DNA of 64,000 nucleotides from Eledone cirrhosa (lineage: Eukaryota), in NCBI GenBank assembly GCA_964016885.1, contig OZ024742.1, positions 49,972,001-50,036,000 of the forward strand, in the 5' to 3' direction. The notes under the pieces were generated by a model. It was not told where the DNA came from and searched no databases. It saw nothing but the letters and a program-made list of their open reading frames with translations. Of this stretch, positions 41,038-56,117 are shown in pieces. Position 1 is the first letter of the stretch. The number at the start of each line of letters is the position of its first letter. The position numbers and the translations under genes were made by a program.

Positions 41038-41426
41038 CACACACACACACACGCATATCTATATATGCATATATAAAAACAAGATGTGTCCAGTGATAAC
41101 CATTATGCAACAGCTATGACCTCATCAGGCAACTAGAATTTGGACAGAATAAACACAAAATCATAATGATTGATTAAAGCATACTTATGTTATTTCGATT
41201 TTTTTATATGCCCAGTGGTGAAATTTGGTGTTGCTCTCTCAAAGCACCGATGAGGCATAACAGGAAGGACACAAAATAAAAGCTCAGTCCCTGAGGAAAT
41301 CACAGAGTGCGTCAATGAAGAGCATTGGCAATCGAACCAACCAGCCAACAGGATATTTATAATAAATTGAAGTAAACACAAACAGGTACGTGTGTTTTTA
41401 TTGGTAGCATGGCCCTCCAAAAGTAT

Positions 41427-41504
<78 letters not shown>

Positions 41505-41728
41505 AATCTTACAGCATATTATAGAAACTACATAATACAACAAACGAAACCAAACAACATATGGCACACTCATATTAATAATTTAAGCAGGATAGGATTT
41601 GGTTTTGAAAGTGTGGTCGAAAGTATTTATATGTAATGTGTTCAATTAAGTCCCTGGCAAGCATTGGAGTTATTTAGAATAGTTTACGTAAAAGCAGTGC
41701 GCAATCGAGGGTCGTAGTTACGCACATA

Positions 41729-41775
<47 letters not shown>

Positions 41776-41779
<4 letters not shown>

Positions 41780-42437
41780 TGTTAGACTTGGGGAGGGTCA
41801 TATTTGTGTAATATTGCCAGAATTAATAACAGAACACACTCACTGTTTGGTTGGTTTTCGCTTTTCGCTTCTGTGTCTTTTATATCAGTAAACTAATTTA
41901 CTCGGTCCTCAATGTTGCTATTGACTGACCGACGGTCAAAAATAATACAGATACAATATAGACACAAACACATATATATAGTTTATCATAAATCTTTCGT
42001 TGCACATCTGCAACATCGTCAGTGGTGCTATTGTTTCCTCCCGTTGCATTGTATGTCTACGCCATTTTTTTTAATTTTTTTTTTAAACTAAATAAAAATG
42101 GCATAGACTTACAATGCAACGGGAGGAAACAATAGCACCACTGACGATGTTTCAGATGTGCAAGGACAGATTTATGATAAACTATATATATGTGTTTGTG
42201 TCTATATTGTATCTGTATTATTTTTGACCGTCGGTCAGTCAATGGCAACATTGAGGACCGAGTAAATTAGTTTACCGATATAAAAGACACAGAAGCGAAA
42301 AGCGAAAACCAAACAGTGAGTGTGTTCTGTTATTAATTCTGGCAATATTACACAAATATGACCCTCCCCAAGTATAACAATAATTGTTTCGACACACGAT
42401 TTCATATAAAAAACCTCGCAAAACTAATTCATCGCCG

Positions 42438-42438
<1 letters not shown>
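41776..42438. mobile_element. ~300-bp-arm fold-back element with hammerhead, in (TA)n
   Basis: 41776-42070 pairs with 42090-42383; right-only extension 42384-42438. Confidence 0.85.
41983..42028 (-). ncRNA. Type I hammerhead ribozyme in left arm
   Basis: Minus strand CCA-CTGACGA-T-GTTGCA-GATG-TGCAAC-GAAA-GATT-TA^TGAT; right-arm copy (42148-42180) mutated in stem II and GAAA; stem I weak. Confidence 0.7.
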
Positions 42439-42507
<69 letters not shown>

Positions 42508-45500
42508 ATATATATATATCTGCGTGTGTGTGTTTGTGTGTGTGTGTGCGTGCGCGCGTGTGTGTGCGTGTGAGTGTGTGTGTATGTGTGTGCGTGGATT
42601 TCGCACCGTTGTATATATATATATATATCCATATGTTTGCATGTATATTGCTAAGTTAGCAAGATCAATATGGTTATTTGCTATTTGAAAAACTGTGATA
42701 AGGGGGCACCTATTTATCAGTTCAGATAGTTGAGATCAAACGAAAAAAGATGTACAGTTTGCCTATGTGAAGGTACGCTCTACCTTACTGGGCCGAATCT
42801 AAATGGAGTTATTTTATACATTCTTTCTTCCTTCCTTTTTTCTTTTTAATTTCTATCTTTCATTCTTTGACATATAGATTCATTAATCTTTCATAATCTA
42901 TAATAAAACGTCCCTTCTCCTCAACCACCACAATTTCCTACAATGATTTCGTCCTTCTCCTTCTTTCGACGTATTATATCTTTTCTTATTTTGCTTCCTA
43001 CACTTCGTTATCTAAAATATATTCATTGTTTTGCTTCTTTCATTTTATTTTCCTCTTTTGATTCACATACCTTTCTATTTTACATGTTTTCATTCCTACT
43101 GATCTCTATATCGGTTTATGAAATTTCCTTTTAGATGTTTTCATATTGAAGAATTTGTTTACTCAGCGGATTTATAATTAGATATGTGTATTTAAATATA
43201 TCCTGTTTGTCGAAATAAGGAAGTATAGTTAAATATCATTAGCTTATATGTGTTCCATTTCCGAGTACGGATTGTCAGTTAGAAAACTAATCAGCAAACC
43301 TTCGACCCTCGAGTGGGGATGGGGTAGAATTTTATTGCACTGAAAATGTTTCAACCCGACTAAGGAGAAGCCCCACGAGGTGGGGTGGCTGTTGCAGCGG
43401 GTGTCACTGACCATTGTCCGCGGAAATACTTTTGCGGTCTTGTCCGAAGGGTGCAGCCTCAACACTACCGAGCCCTAGGCCTAGAGCCCATCACCCTCCC
43501 CGTCCCCTCCCATTGTTCTGTGACCCCAGAGCCGTTGCCCTTCCCTTCATTTTCCGTTTTTAAATATATGTAGTGTTGTTGTTATTTGAAATACATTTGT
43601 TTATGTTTTTTTTTAATTTTTAGTGTATGTTTAATAGATTTTCTGCGGAATTCCTGATACTCAGATAATTTAGTTACAGTATAATACATTTTATTTTATA
43701 TTAGCTCAGTGAGAGAGCTAGTGGAAGGGGGAATACTTACTAAACTAGTCTGCCTTTTGGTTGACAAACTAGTGTAGCCAATGGTCATATGTTGAATGTA
43801 AGATGGAGTGTCTAGTTGATATATGCTGACGAACGTTATACTATAATCTTCTATTAATATAATCCATTGCATGACTGAGCTATTATCTAACTTAACTTTT
43901 AATACTTTACCACAGAATACGTTCATGTAATAAACAGTTATATATATCCGTAGGAGCTAAAGAGACGTCCATCAATTTCGCAAGATTTTCGCTGTTTAAT
44001 GATATATTTATATTTTGATATGAACTACGTATTTCTATTTAGATAGACATGCCAAATTGTGAAGTGATTGTTTCGGTCATGCACAATAGGCAAGGGTAGA
44101 TCAAGGGTTTTCTCTTTTGATTGGTTGCTGTAGTTTGATGTTATAATTCGATGCTATAATTCGATACCATGTGACAGGTATTATTTTGTGACCATTTCCA
44201 TTCATTCTATGCATATATAACATAACTAAAACCATCATTTGTCTTAACTAAAACGTAAACAAATCTAATTTTATCCCATACTCTTCAAGATCTCAAGCAA
44301 AAGCAAAATCCAAATACTACAATAAATACCAACAATCATACACATAGCGCAAAAGTCATAGATTAAATTCAAACACAATATTCAAACTAAAATCCCTTGC
44401 GATTTCAGGAAATATACAACCAAACTGCTCCAAGAGTAAGTATGGATGTGAGGGACGGCATCAGGCTGTAACCGTTATAACATAGTTTTTTATGCTACCT
44501 TGCTCCCACTACGATTCAATTACGTAATTGGCATTGCACTCTGACATAATGACTACACACACCAGAATCTTCCTGCGACAGGATACATATCTTATATTAG
44601 GTATTTTTATCGTAAGCTATAGAGTTGTAGAGAAACCAGTAATTTCCCTTTGAATTTCAGGTCTTTGTCGTAAATAACAATGGCGTATGTCAAGCCAATT
44701 AACATCAACGAAAACTGTTGGAAGCATGGTTCACTCAGAGCTTACATATGTCTTTTTGGTGTTTGCTTCATCTCCCAATTTTAAATATGAATATTGAAGC
44801 CGGTTCTATCGCTAGCAAGTACCAATTAGTAGTCCTATAATTCACAACAATAATACATGAAAATATATCCAAATATCCACTTATTTTGTCAGAATTAAAC
44901 ATATCGTATATGCTTTGAACCTACTACCTAACTACTTCATTCAGAATATTACCTACTTATATTGATATACATAAATCATAGAATTAAAAAATAGATTGAA
45001 CAATACCAAGAAATGTTTTACGAATGAGTCAGTCAGTCTTGCTGTTCTATTTTTGCTGTCCCTTCTCTCCTCGAATATATTAGTCTGCCTTAAGTCTCAA
45101 AATATCAATCTTACGACATAGTGCAAACAAAAATCTCCCTTGACACTAAGGATGATTAAGTTACGAAAGAATAATTTAGTGAAAAGTAAATGTATTTCAG
45201 TTTCTGTTATCCTACGACAATGGACAACACGTACAGATTTCCAGATAAAAGATCAATGACTTCCGATTTCATAATTTGTATAGTGATATGTCAGGGGGCA
45301 ATTGTACTTTTATTTTCACTTCCATACAATTGACTGAATTGGAAGGAGATACCACGCGTGGTTGAATCCTATTGCGCTGCACAACAGAAACAGTATATAA
45401 TTACCGATTGTTTGATAGAATTGTAACGAATTCAATCTGTTCTAGAACAACTCAAAATAGAGAGAAACACAACACCAATTACAAATGTAAAAACTAAACT

Positions 45501-45719
45501 AAACAATTATAAAGAAAAACTGCATAAAATCTAATCTGGGGCAAAATAACCAGAAGAAACAGAGATAAGTTAATGTTTCAAAAATGGAAGCTAATTTTGG
45601 AAGCAATGTAGTTTCTATTCTAGCGATAGAAGAGTCACAGATGTCGTAAGTATGATACGGCAAAATCTCGGTTATTCTTATTTCCTCTAAAGCAATGAAA
45701 GGCGAAAATGATGAGAATA

Positions 45720-45763
<44 letters not shown>

Positions 45764-45914
45764 GTAATAGTAATAATAATAACAGATAATGATAATAATG
45801 ATAATAACAACAACAACAACACTACTAATAATAAACTAAGTTACGTATAGCATTTCGTGTCAAATATCCGAAGCAAATTTGGGGTAATTCGTTTCCCCTG
45901 TATCGGATGTAACT

Positions 45915-46008
<94 letters not shown>

Positions 46009-46187
46009 CTGTGTGTGCGTGTGTGTGTGTATGTATGTATATGTTTTTTCAGTTGACCCAGATGTGGTTATATTTATGTCAAACAAGCAAAACTAAAGCT
46101 AAAGCAACACGCACACACACACACACACACACACGCACACACACACATACAAACACACACACACACACATACACACACACTCTCTCT

Positions 46188-46234
<47 letters not shown>

Positions 46235-46622
46235 TGGAGACACATGTTGGCAATTATGAAACAGAATACTATTTCTTTATTTCAGTTAGATATTTCACGA
46301 CAGTATGAAATGGTTTACTTTCTTTACCAATCTATGATATACCCATGAGAAACAAAAATGTAGATAAAATATTCAGAGTTAAATCATGCATCGTTAATTC
46401 TGTTGCTTGAGGTATACCTACGTATCTTGTTTTATTTCGCAATACACAAACACACTCGTACAGACCCATATGCACACACACCTGTAACTCGATATCTCTT
46501 TACATATACACACACACGCATATATATGTATACACGCACACACACGCACACTCACACACGCACGCATACACACACGCACACGCATACACATACACATACA
46601 CTGAGACACACACATATACACT

Positions 46623-46679
<57 letters not shown>

Positions 46680-46942
46680 TCAGTACTGTTTTTTTTAGGG
46701 TAAAACTGACAGAAGTGTACAATATGATTGGTTCTTCAATGTTGTGCGAAACATGCCAATATCTGTGTCCATATCACCCATCATAGGAGATAACTGCAGT
46801 AAATACAGATAGAAATATATTGAGTTCGTACATCAAATATAGACCGTATCACATTTGTCATTCACATACATGCAATTATGCACAGATGCATGTTTATATA
46901 TGTGTTTATATGCGTACATCTATACATGTTTGTATAACTATC

Positions 46943-46987
<45 letters not shown>

Positions 46988-46989
<2 letters not shown>

Positions 46990-47119
46990 CGAAGGAAATG
47001 TGGTAAGGAACCAGGTGGACCATAACGCACCGGCTATTTAAATACCAGGATAAATTTTCATTTAGTCCAGAATTAGCCGTCGAAACGGCTTGAGCTCAGC
47101 TGTCGGGGTCTTACTGGTT

Positions 47120-47123
<4 letters not shown>
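46988..47123 (+). mobile_element. Short PLE relic: inverted tail joined to HHR 3' half
   Basis: 46988-47031 matches 11469-11512; 47032-47123 reads CGGCTATTT..AATTAGCCGTC-GAAAC-GGCTTGAGCTCAGCT-GTC-GGGGTC; TA flanks. Confidence 0.7.
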
Positions 47124-47183
<60 letters not shown>

Positions 47184-47719
47184 GTAATATAATATAATAT
47201 AATATATATATATATATATATACATACACACGCAAACACATGTATATAACATAAGTGATCCTGTGTCTTTATGCATGTGTGTGTGTGTATTTCTGATTAT
47301 TCGTAGTGTGTGTATGTGCATGTGTGTGAGTATGTATACATTGGTTCAGAAATTTATGTCGATTTTGTGGTGTGGTGTTTGAAAGAATAGAAAATATAAT
47401 AGTGAAGCGTCTTTCATCAATGTAATCTAGATACAGTTGTACACACCTTTTCCCAATTGTAGACTTTAAAATATGTCAGATATGAGCTGCAATACTTTAT
47501 ATGCTATATAGATTATAAATGTCATCCTTTCAAACAGAAAAGTCTATTTACGCTCGTCTCAATGTGTATGGAGTTTACCTCAAAACCTTCGTTGGATATG
47601 TATATGTCCGTATGCATAAATCCTTTATATACATATGTGTGTTTATTTATATCTATTTCTGTCTTTGTACCTGTAACATGTTTTTCTTAAAATATCAGAA
47701 TTTGTTTCAGTCTATATAT

Positions 47720-48010
47720 TATTTTGAGTCGCTCAAGGTAGGGCTGCTACTTCTTCGAATTGAGAGATTACCTCTATACTACGGCATGTGGATAGGATGT
47801 CTAAGGAAACACTCGCTGGGCAGATTTTACGGACAAACCCAACCGGCAGAAGACCTGGAAACACCGTACAAGGTGAATAGATATGCATTAACTATTTTTT
47901 GTCGTACTTGAGAATCCTGCCAGGTAAATTGGAGACGGGTGTTTCTAATAATACCCACTAGAAGATGTCTTTGAAAATTCTGCTCACCTATCACAACTCT
48001 CTCAGGAAAA
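47720..48010 (+). mobile_element. RTE LINE 3' fragment
   Basis: LLLRIERLPLYYG; homologous to 53750-54160. Confidence 0.7.
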
Positions 48011-48024
48011 AAGATAATTTCTTT

Positions 48025-49600
48025 ATTGACCAGAAGGGTCTACATATAGGGGACAATACAAAAAAGATAGGGACAGTGTGTTTACAATAAAATCAAGTAA
48101 AAAAACGAAGATAACAAACACAATTAACAATAAAAACATAACAAAATAAATTCCCCAAAAGGGGGCATAACAACCCAGGGACGACTCAGGCACCCCACCA
48201 ATCTTGAACTACCTGAGGCATCGAGAGCATCCGGGGAAATCACCCCTCTCTTTCTCAAATCAGCCAGCCTTCACGCACATGCATAGAGTAGGCCCAGTCA
48301 CACGGGCCAATCTTGCAACATTCACCCACCTTTTAGCAAATGACAGGGGAGGGGGTACTTCTCTCTCTACCCTCATGTTTCTTTCCTAGTGAGTTTCCAT
48401 GTAGTTGAGCGACTGGTCCTGTATGCCTTCGGTGTATGTCTTCAGTCCTTTCAGCATGGTCCCCCACACAAATTCTTTTGCTACTGCCACTAGACAGAGG
48501 GAAAAGGTCTGCCCTTCCCATCCAAACAATAAGCGGATCGATATTCATTATGGAGTCAGTTGACAGCCGGATCCATCCTACATAAAACAACAGCGCCTCG
48601 ACATAATTCCACAAGTCAGTAATTTACAGATTCCGTTCTAGTGCGTGCAGAATGGTTTCCTCGTTCTGCACACTTCTTGAGCAGGTCTGTCTCACTGCGT
48701 TTCTATCCCCGTAGAGATTGTCTTGAACAGCGTGCACTCCCGGTAGCACTGTCAAGTGAGGGGTTTCTGGAAGTTATTCAGTGTCTCCGTATTGAAGTAG
48801 ACTCCGGAGCAGACATGTTATTTCGATTTCGTCGACGCTCATAGACTCTCGAAGAGCTTCGTTGCACATGTACATCAATATCTCTCTATAGAACTCTAGC
48901 GTGGGTGTCCCACTGATCGCATTTCTAGCAGGACAGAGGGTAGTGAGCGCCATGCAACAGTCTGCATGCCAGGCGCCTAGTCTCGGTCTCTTTCTGACCC
49001 AGGACTGCAGTTCAGTCAAAGAGACTAACTCTGGAAAGGTCTGACTCACACACCGTGACCAAACCTGTTCACTGTTTTCGAATATCTACGCCGTAGATTT
49101 AGCGCGTGTTTCCGCATTGTCCGACACGGCATGCGCAGCCATCCCCGTAGAGGGTGCTGGCAGCAGAAGGAACACCTCATCAATGGTACATATCCCTTTC
49201 ACAAAAAGTCCAAAAGCAGACATTCCAATCTGGTGAGCTGCGAATGGGGGCAAGGCACGACGGTCAGGTAGTAGTAGATGACGAACGCAATGTATGCGTT
49301 TGCAACCTCCGCTTGACCTTTTATGGATAGCTTCCTCTTGGCCAATCGCTGAGAGTGAGTGGCCACTCTGCTCGTTACCTCGTCTCTGTTCTTACCCAGT
49401 CAGAACCAGACCCTCAGCAACTTTGCCGGCCCCTTCCCTATAGCGTCCGATGACGCGGTTGAACTGCATGGTTTTGCCTCCCAGGTGCTGAGATGCAAAT
49501 TCACCGACGTTTCCGGGTCTATCTTTGCTCCCGTCAACCCTTCATATTCTTCTAAAATGGTGCCAACCACCTCGATTTCATAGGTATTATTACTGTGATC
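48025..49600 (-). mobile_element. Tx1/L1-like LINE 3' part, decayed
   Basis: Minus-strand remnants of RT C-terminus (stop-interrupted KLSIK), Cys motif near 48780-48800 and T-rich 3' UTR; many frameshifts. Confidence 0.6.
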
Positions 49601-52312
49601 AGCGCGATGAATCGGCAGAATTGCTAAAATATTTGATGAAATGCTTTTCAGTATTGCATTATGTTCATCTATGTTCTGTATTCAAATCCCATCATGTTGA
49701 ACTTTATCTTTCATCCTTTTGGAGTATTTGAAAATTGTATCGTGTAAACATATGCGTGGAAGCATATTGAAAACATCATAAGAGTCTTGGATTTATAGAT
49801 ACTTTCGAATCAACCAGATACAAATACGTAGAACCTATCACACATTTATGTGTTTTCATCCCACATCGTTTGATCACCGTTCCTTCCCTGACATTCCTTT
49901 CTTATTTGCTAGCATATTATATTCAGTATTGACCAATCCTACATATTTATCCATGCTAAGTTATTATTTAAAGAAGAACGACGTGACTGATATGGCTTGC
50001 ATGCAGAGCGAGTGTCACGTTGTTTCTTTGGGAACAAAAATCCCTACAGATAACCTGCCAATGCTTTTATAGAACTGAATTGTAAGCTTCTCCTTTTGAA
50101 GAAGTCTAATGATATCGAAAGATGTCTGGAGTTGTCTTCCATAAAATTAGTCACTGAGGTAATATATTCTATTCATTGATTGCCAGTGTGACAATATTCA
50201 TCAAAAGAATATTATAGTGTTCTGCACCCGTTGCATATTTCCACTATATTGTTCTCTTCTCTAACATATTCCATTTCAAACTAAAACCTCACACTTCTTG
50301 TAATGCCCATAAAAGCTAATACTATTTTTTTTATTGTACTGGTGTTAATTTAATTTTCTCCCCTCTCCTGTAATAAAATAATGCCATCCTTATTCCTGAA
50401 TTTCATTCTTATTACGATTTGTATGATTTGTAAACAATAGAATATGTAAAATTAAATATACTAAGAGCTAAAACAGGTCTTAAAACATGTGTCATCTTTG
50501 CCTTGGCGAAAAGTTATTATTATTATTTGAGACATAATTTTTGTCCTGTTGTTTTTAGCAATATATGTATGATTATAGTAAAAGTGAAATAATAAGCTAT
50601 TAGATATCATGGACATCAATGCATTTGATATCAATTTTATACATCGCTTATTTTATATCTCTAACATTATTTACAATATCATTCCGTTCCGAAACACAAT
50701 AGCTTTTCTGAGGATTTCCTCGTGCAATGTTTGAATTCCTATCTAAGCCAGGATGATATATTACAGAATGTTACTAGAGATCATTTCTACTGCTATTAAT
50801 AGATTTAGATCCATTTACTTTATCCAATAGCCATATCGTTTCAATTTTATCCTTGAGATCCTTATAAATCTTTCAACCGTTCAGCGAATCCTATCATTGC
50901 AATATCATTGCAGTATCAATGATTTTCTTACTGTCACGTCAATTACAACTTCATCTGATCTGATATCTACTTTATGGATGTTGAAATCTCTGGGAAAGCG
51001 TGGTGTTTTAGACTTAATTCTATGAGAGATTCAATGTTTCGTAATATTTCAACGTTTCTAAGTTACCCCACGCACTTTCCTCTCTATCTCTTTATCTTTC
51101 TTTCTTTCTTTCTTTCTTTCTGTCTTTCTTTCTACAATTCTTCATACACAACCGTTAGCGTTTTATTAAATTCTTTTCTCACACAGGTTTACGCTTGAAT
51201 GATTAGTGTGTCAGGCTTGTAGTATAATTGAGGATATACAAAATATGTAGAAACAATCAAACCCAAATAGCATCCATCAATAACAGCAAAACCTGCGTGA
51301 ATTAATCTCCAATTTTTTATCTATCCTACATAAGATTAACATGACTACACAGAGAACAAATAAACATTTCCATCCAATACTAGTTACAGAGAAAGTAAAT
51401 TAATTAGATGTATGTATGTTTATATGTGATATAAAGATGTGTGTGGAAACAGTATATGAATAGTTTGATAGAGGATAATTATTTACATTAACAAGTTAAT
51501 TTTAGGGTTTGAAAAATAAAAGATGATTTAACACAAGTGAAGCACTGGTGGGAAAAGCTTCGCAAAATACGATTACGATCGACTTTGAAACAGGAAAATG
51601 ATTTATATTTCCTTTTGGCGAACTGAGATTTAACTTTCATAATTCGTGGATATAAAGTTATTACAGATGGAGAGGTAAAGAGAAAGAGTATCAGACAAAA
51701 CCATTTACTTAATATGTCTATAGTAAAGGTGCATCTACTCTAAAATATAGTTGTTAAGGTCTGAGCTTCTAACTATCGATATTGTAAAACTTATATACTT
51801 CAACTGCGTTACCTATCGTATATTGTATAATGTTTTATTGAGTCCTGTATATATTCGGAGTACTGCACTGATGTTGGAAGCCAATATTGTTATTTCATAC
51901 ATATCCCTGATAAAAAAGGTCACATAATTAATTGTTTCAGATTTCTTTGTTAGACAACGTACATTTATGCTTATATTTATTAATGCTGCAGAGAAACATC
52001 GTTGAACATATTCTGAACTCTGAAAACATGTCAGCACATATTACATTTCTTTAATCCAGGCTCCTCGATTATGAAAAGGATTTAGAAAGTAAGAATAACG
52101 TTTCAACCTTTTCCGTCTCTAGAGAATTGTGTTACTATTTTCATAGACTAGGAGTCTATGCTCACGCAAATTATACACCCATCTATTCCTCTGACGTTTC
52201 AATGTATTTTCATTATTACGATCTCTAAATGATTTAGGTGTTAAACATTCTTCCTTACTATCAACTTATATATTTTATTAAGAGTGCCACATTATATACA
52301 AGATCCCATGCT

Positions 52313-52512
52313 NNNNNNNNNNNNNNNNNNNNNNNNNNNNNNNNNNNNNNNNNNNNNNNNNNNNNNNNNNNNNNNNNNNNNNNNNNNNNNNNNNNNNNNN
52401 NNNNNNNNNNNNNNNNNNNNNNNNNNNNNNNNNNNNNNNNNNNNNNNNNNNNNNNNNNNNNNNNNNNNNNNNNNNNNNNNNNNNNNNNNNNNNNNNNNNN
52501 NNNNNNNNNNNN
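52313..52512. other. Assembly gap (200 N)
   Basis: Run of N. Confidence 1.
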
Positions 52513-53519
52513 ACATTCACATAAACACACACACATATACATTTACACAGGGACACACATACATTCATACAAACACACGCACATACATTTACACAAACAC
52601 ACAGATACACATACACTCACACAGCGTTCGATTATTTGGAAATGGGAGGGTAATGTGAAGTATAACTTTTATTTGTTTAAAGAATATAATAATATAATGG
52701 TTACAGAACGAAAACACAAACACATATAATATATACAAAGGAAAGGGGAAGGAAAAAAGAAAGAGAAAACACACATGCAGGTAATACATACATCTGGGAC
52801 AATATACGACAAAAGACAGACGAAAGGGGTGGACAAACGAGCAGCTACCAGAGCAACAGATAGCAATATCGCAAGGAGCACTGAGAGATCTCTCTAATTT
52901 TTTTTTAGGCAAGCCAGCACGGTCGCAGCGTTACCTCAGTTAGGCGAACCACCAGTGAAGATAAGAACCTCGCTGTCAGTAACCCATCTCGAACGCCATA
53001 AGCTGGAATATGTAGTTAGCCGACAGAACACGGTACGTTAAGATTTTGTTCAGTTCAGCTGCGAATGATGTAGCTCTTGCCTTTACCTCTACATCTAGGA
53101 TATGGGAAGAAGCAAAAGAGTCACTGTGACGTCCCAGATAGGGCACCTGCATCTTCACGAGGGACACAGGGTAACACCATCAGTCTTTACCCATCAATTC
53201 TGGCCAGCACAAACGGTACTATAATTAAGGGGATATTTTTACGGTCCAAAGCTCTTAAGTGGTAATAGGACAGTGTGTGTATGTGGGCGTGCGTAAGTTC
53301 TTAAATTAGAGTGCGTGTGTGTGTTTGTCACCGTTTTTAGGTTAGAGACATATATATGTGTGTATACCCTTCCTTCCTTTTACACACACATACATTCACA
53401 CAAACACACACACACATTGTATAGTGGACGGATGGACAGACGTTCCTGAAATTTATAAACATGTGAATGTGTTCGCGAGTGATTGAACCAACAGGCTGAA
53501 TTAAGTTCCAGAATTTCAA

Positions 53520-54170
53520 AAGTTGATGCAGTAATGCGCCAGATTCAGCATTCAGTTATCAGAAGAAGGGAGGTAATTGCAAAACCAAATTCTCTGTCTT
53601 CCTGGTAATCCTGCCAAACCTTACCGGGGGTCATGAATCTTGGGTAATCACCGAACGATTACAATTGCAAATACAAGCGGTAGAAACGGGGTTCCTCCGA
53701 AGGGTCTTTCGAGTAACGTTACTTGATAAAGAGCATAGCTTGGAGATCAGAGAGTCACTCCTGGCAAAGCTGCTACTTACTTCTCCGAATTGAGAGATTA
53801 CAGCTCCAATACTATGGGCATGTCGTTAGAATGTCTCAGGAAAGAATCGCTGGACAGGTTTTACAGGCAAAACCAACCGGCAAGAGACCCAGAGGTAGAC
53901 ACTGATCAAGATAGTTGAACTCTATGAAAAAATATACAACGGCAACATCATCTTTCTAACCCTTAACATCATGCTATGGTGAAAACATTTACGTTTGAAA
54001 TATTCTCTAACACAACTCAATCTTGCACAGCCAATTTCATGTAGAACGCTTTGGGATCCAGCTGGATCAGTTAGAGTTGGTTGCTTCTGACAGACTCGCT
54101 GGAAGGAGTGTTTGAGGAGGACTCTGCACCCATGACATTCTCAGAAATAAGTGGGTGAAGAAGAAGATAT
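53520..54170 (+). mobile_element. RTE LINE 3' fragment
   Basis: GHESWVITERLQLQIQAVETGFLRRV, LLRIERLQLQYYGHVVRMSQERIAGQVLQAKPTGKRPRGR; ends GAAGAAGAAG. Confidence 0.85.
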
Positions 54171-54763
54171 TGTCAATTTACTTTTCAATTTAGATATCAT
54201 ATCTATATGCATATATATTTGCGTATAATACCAATGTGCACACTACAAACGCTAGCAGAGAATCGCCTGAAGGGTGGTTTTCTGCTAGTAAAATATAATA
54301 GTAGTAATTGACACCAATATACTTGGTAGACAGATCTTTAATAAATTCTAGCTTGAATGATATTTAGCTGTGCCACAGGTAAGACATTTATAGAGAGAAT
54401 GTGAAGTCAAATAAATCAACATAAGTATAGGATTGGTATTTGCAACATTAACACTAAAAATATGAAACGTCAACCCATATCAATATTTGTTTTGGGAACA
54501 TGAATATTCGTAACTAAACACAACGACGTATGTATCGCAAACTATAATGTGTCTGTTACTCACAATATCAAGATAAATAAATATTTCTCCCTACAATAAT
54601 ATATATGAAGAGTATTGATAGGAATATTGAGACATCTTAATGGGTATTGCTCTACAAGATTGACATATACAAAAAACTAAGCCAAGAGAAAAATAATGAT
54701 AGTTTATTTTACATTCATATGCATCATAAAATCTGTCATTCTGTCTCTAGATCTCTTTTGTTT

Positions 54764-54796
<33 letters not shown>

Positions 54797-55865
54797 ATCT
54801 CTTTCTCTCCATCTTTCTTCCCTACTTCGTACACATACCCATACGCAACCACATGAAAAGGAAGGGAGATGAAAACAAACTCTCATTATTGGACCCACAG
54901 TAGCAGGAGTTAATTGTACTTTAAACTAAATATACAAATTGCATGAAACATATAACCATGACGTAATTCACCTAAAAGCATTGAATTGTTGTTTATCTGG
55001 TAACTCTAATATTTAAACAAATCCTAGTAATCACAATTTATGGTAAGGAAACAAAGAGAGAAAAAATCCCCTAATCATCGTTGAACAAAAGTAGAACAAT
55101 ATCCATTAAAATTTCTCAGTTTACATGAGTTGGAATCTATATCTCCATAGCTACTCTCTAACGAGAGAATAATCTGTCTGAAGCGTATAATCTTTTGAAA
55201 CAGAAATAGATGGAAAGAAATTTGTATTTAAATATACATGCAAATGACGTTGAGAATGTATTTTTAAACCTAATATTGTTGTAATTGCACGTGACAAAGA
55301 AATAGATGTGTTGAAATAATACACATACAATTAAATAGCAATAGGCACATCTATATATTAATTTCAACAACATCAGTATTCCGTGTGTCATAATTCTCGA
55401 TTATCATTGGTTCATAGGTTTCAAACGACTCCGCCCACCCTCAACGACGCCAAACTTAAATTAATACACATGATGCCAATGAGGGAGTGAGAGGGGAGAG
55501 TAAAACACAGAGAGGCAAAGAGAACGCTGTAACTATTACCATGTGTGCGTGTGTGTGTACGTGCGCGTATGTTTATGTGTGCGTATGGTTATGTGCGTGT
55601 ATGTTTGTGTTCCACAGAAAGTAAAAACTATCAACATGTGTGAGTGTGTAAGTGTGTGTAAGTGCACGGGTGCGTGTACGCGTTTCCATGCGTGTATGTG
55701 TGTGTACGTGGGCTGTTCCACAATCGCCACGCAGTTTATCTGTCTGTGTGCCTGTCTGTCAGTCTAACATACACAGAGTTGTGAAGGGAGTAAATAGGGA
55801 CCTTTTTTTACATTGACGACATCTTTTATATTTATTATTGTGTCATTTTTTGACAATTGCTCGAA

Positions 55866-56114
55866 ATGACTACTGATAATAAAAGCAATTCGACTTTATC
55901 AAACAGTGAACTACAGCGGCGACGGTGTGCAGCCAGGAATGAAGAAAAACGGACCGAACATCACCATCGGAACGCCGAATTTCAGAGGCGAAGGCATGCC
56001 GCCATGAATGAAGAGGATCTGGCTGAGCAACGCCAACGAAACAGTGGACCCAAGCAGCGACGGCGTGCTGCGATGGTTGAAGACGAACTGGCTGAGCATC
56101 ATCTTTTATATTAA
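55866..56114 (+). pseudogene. STPR-like 23-aa repeat ORF, probable Helitron Rep/Hel N-terminus
   Basis: Three 23-residue units (QRRRxAAxxEExxxE..RN); such repeats occur in Helitron protein N-termini; abuts a Helitron-like element. Confidence 0.6.
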
Positions 56115-56117
56115 TTA

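Noticed and set aside
43244-43550. GC-richer island
   Set aside because: No recognisable ORF or RNA fold; probably an unassigned repeat fragment.
49600-51000. Possible old minus-strand LINE remnant
   Set aside because: Too degenerate to assign or bound.
54252-54288. Hairpin CTAGCAGAGAATCGCC..GGTGGTTTTCTGCTAG as terminator or Helitron end
   Set aside because: Isolated; no matching 5' end found, and intrinsic terminators do not apply here.
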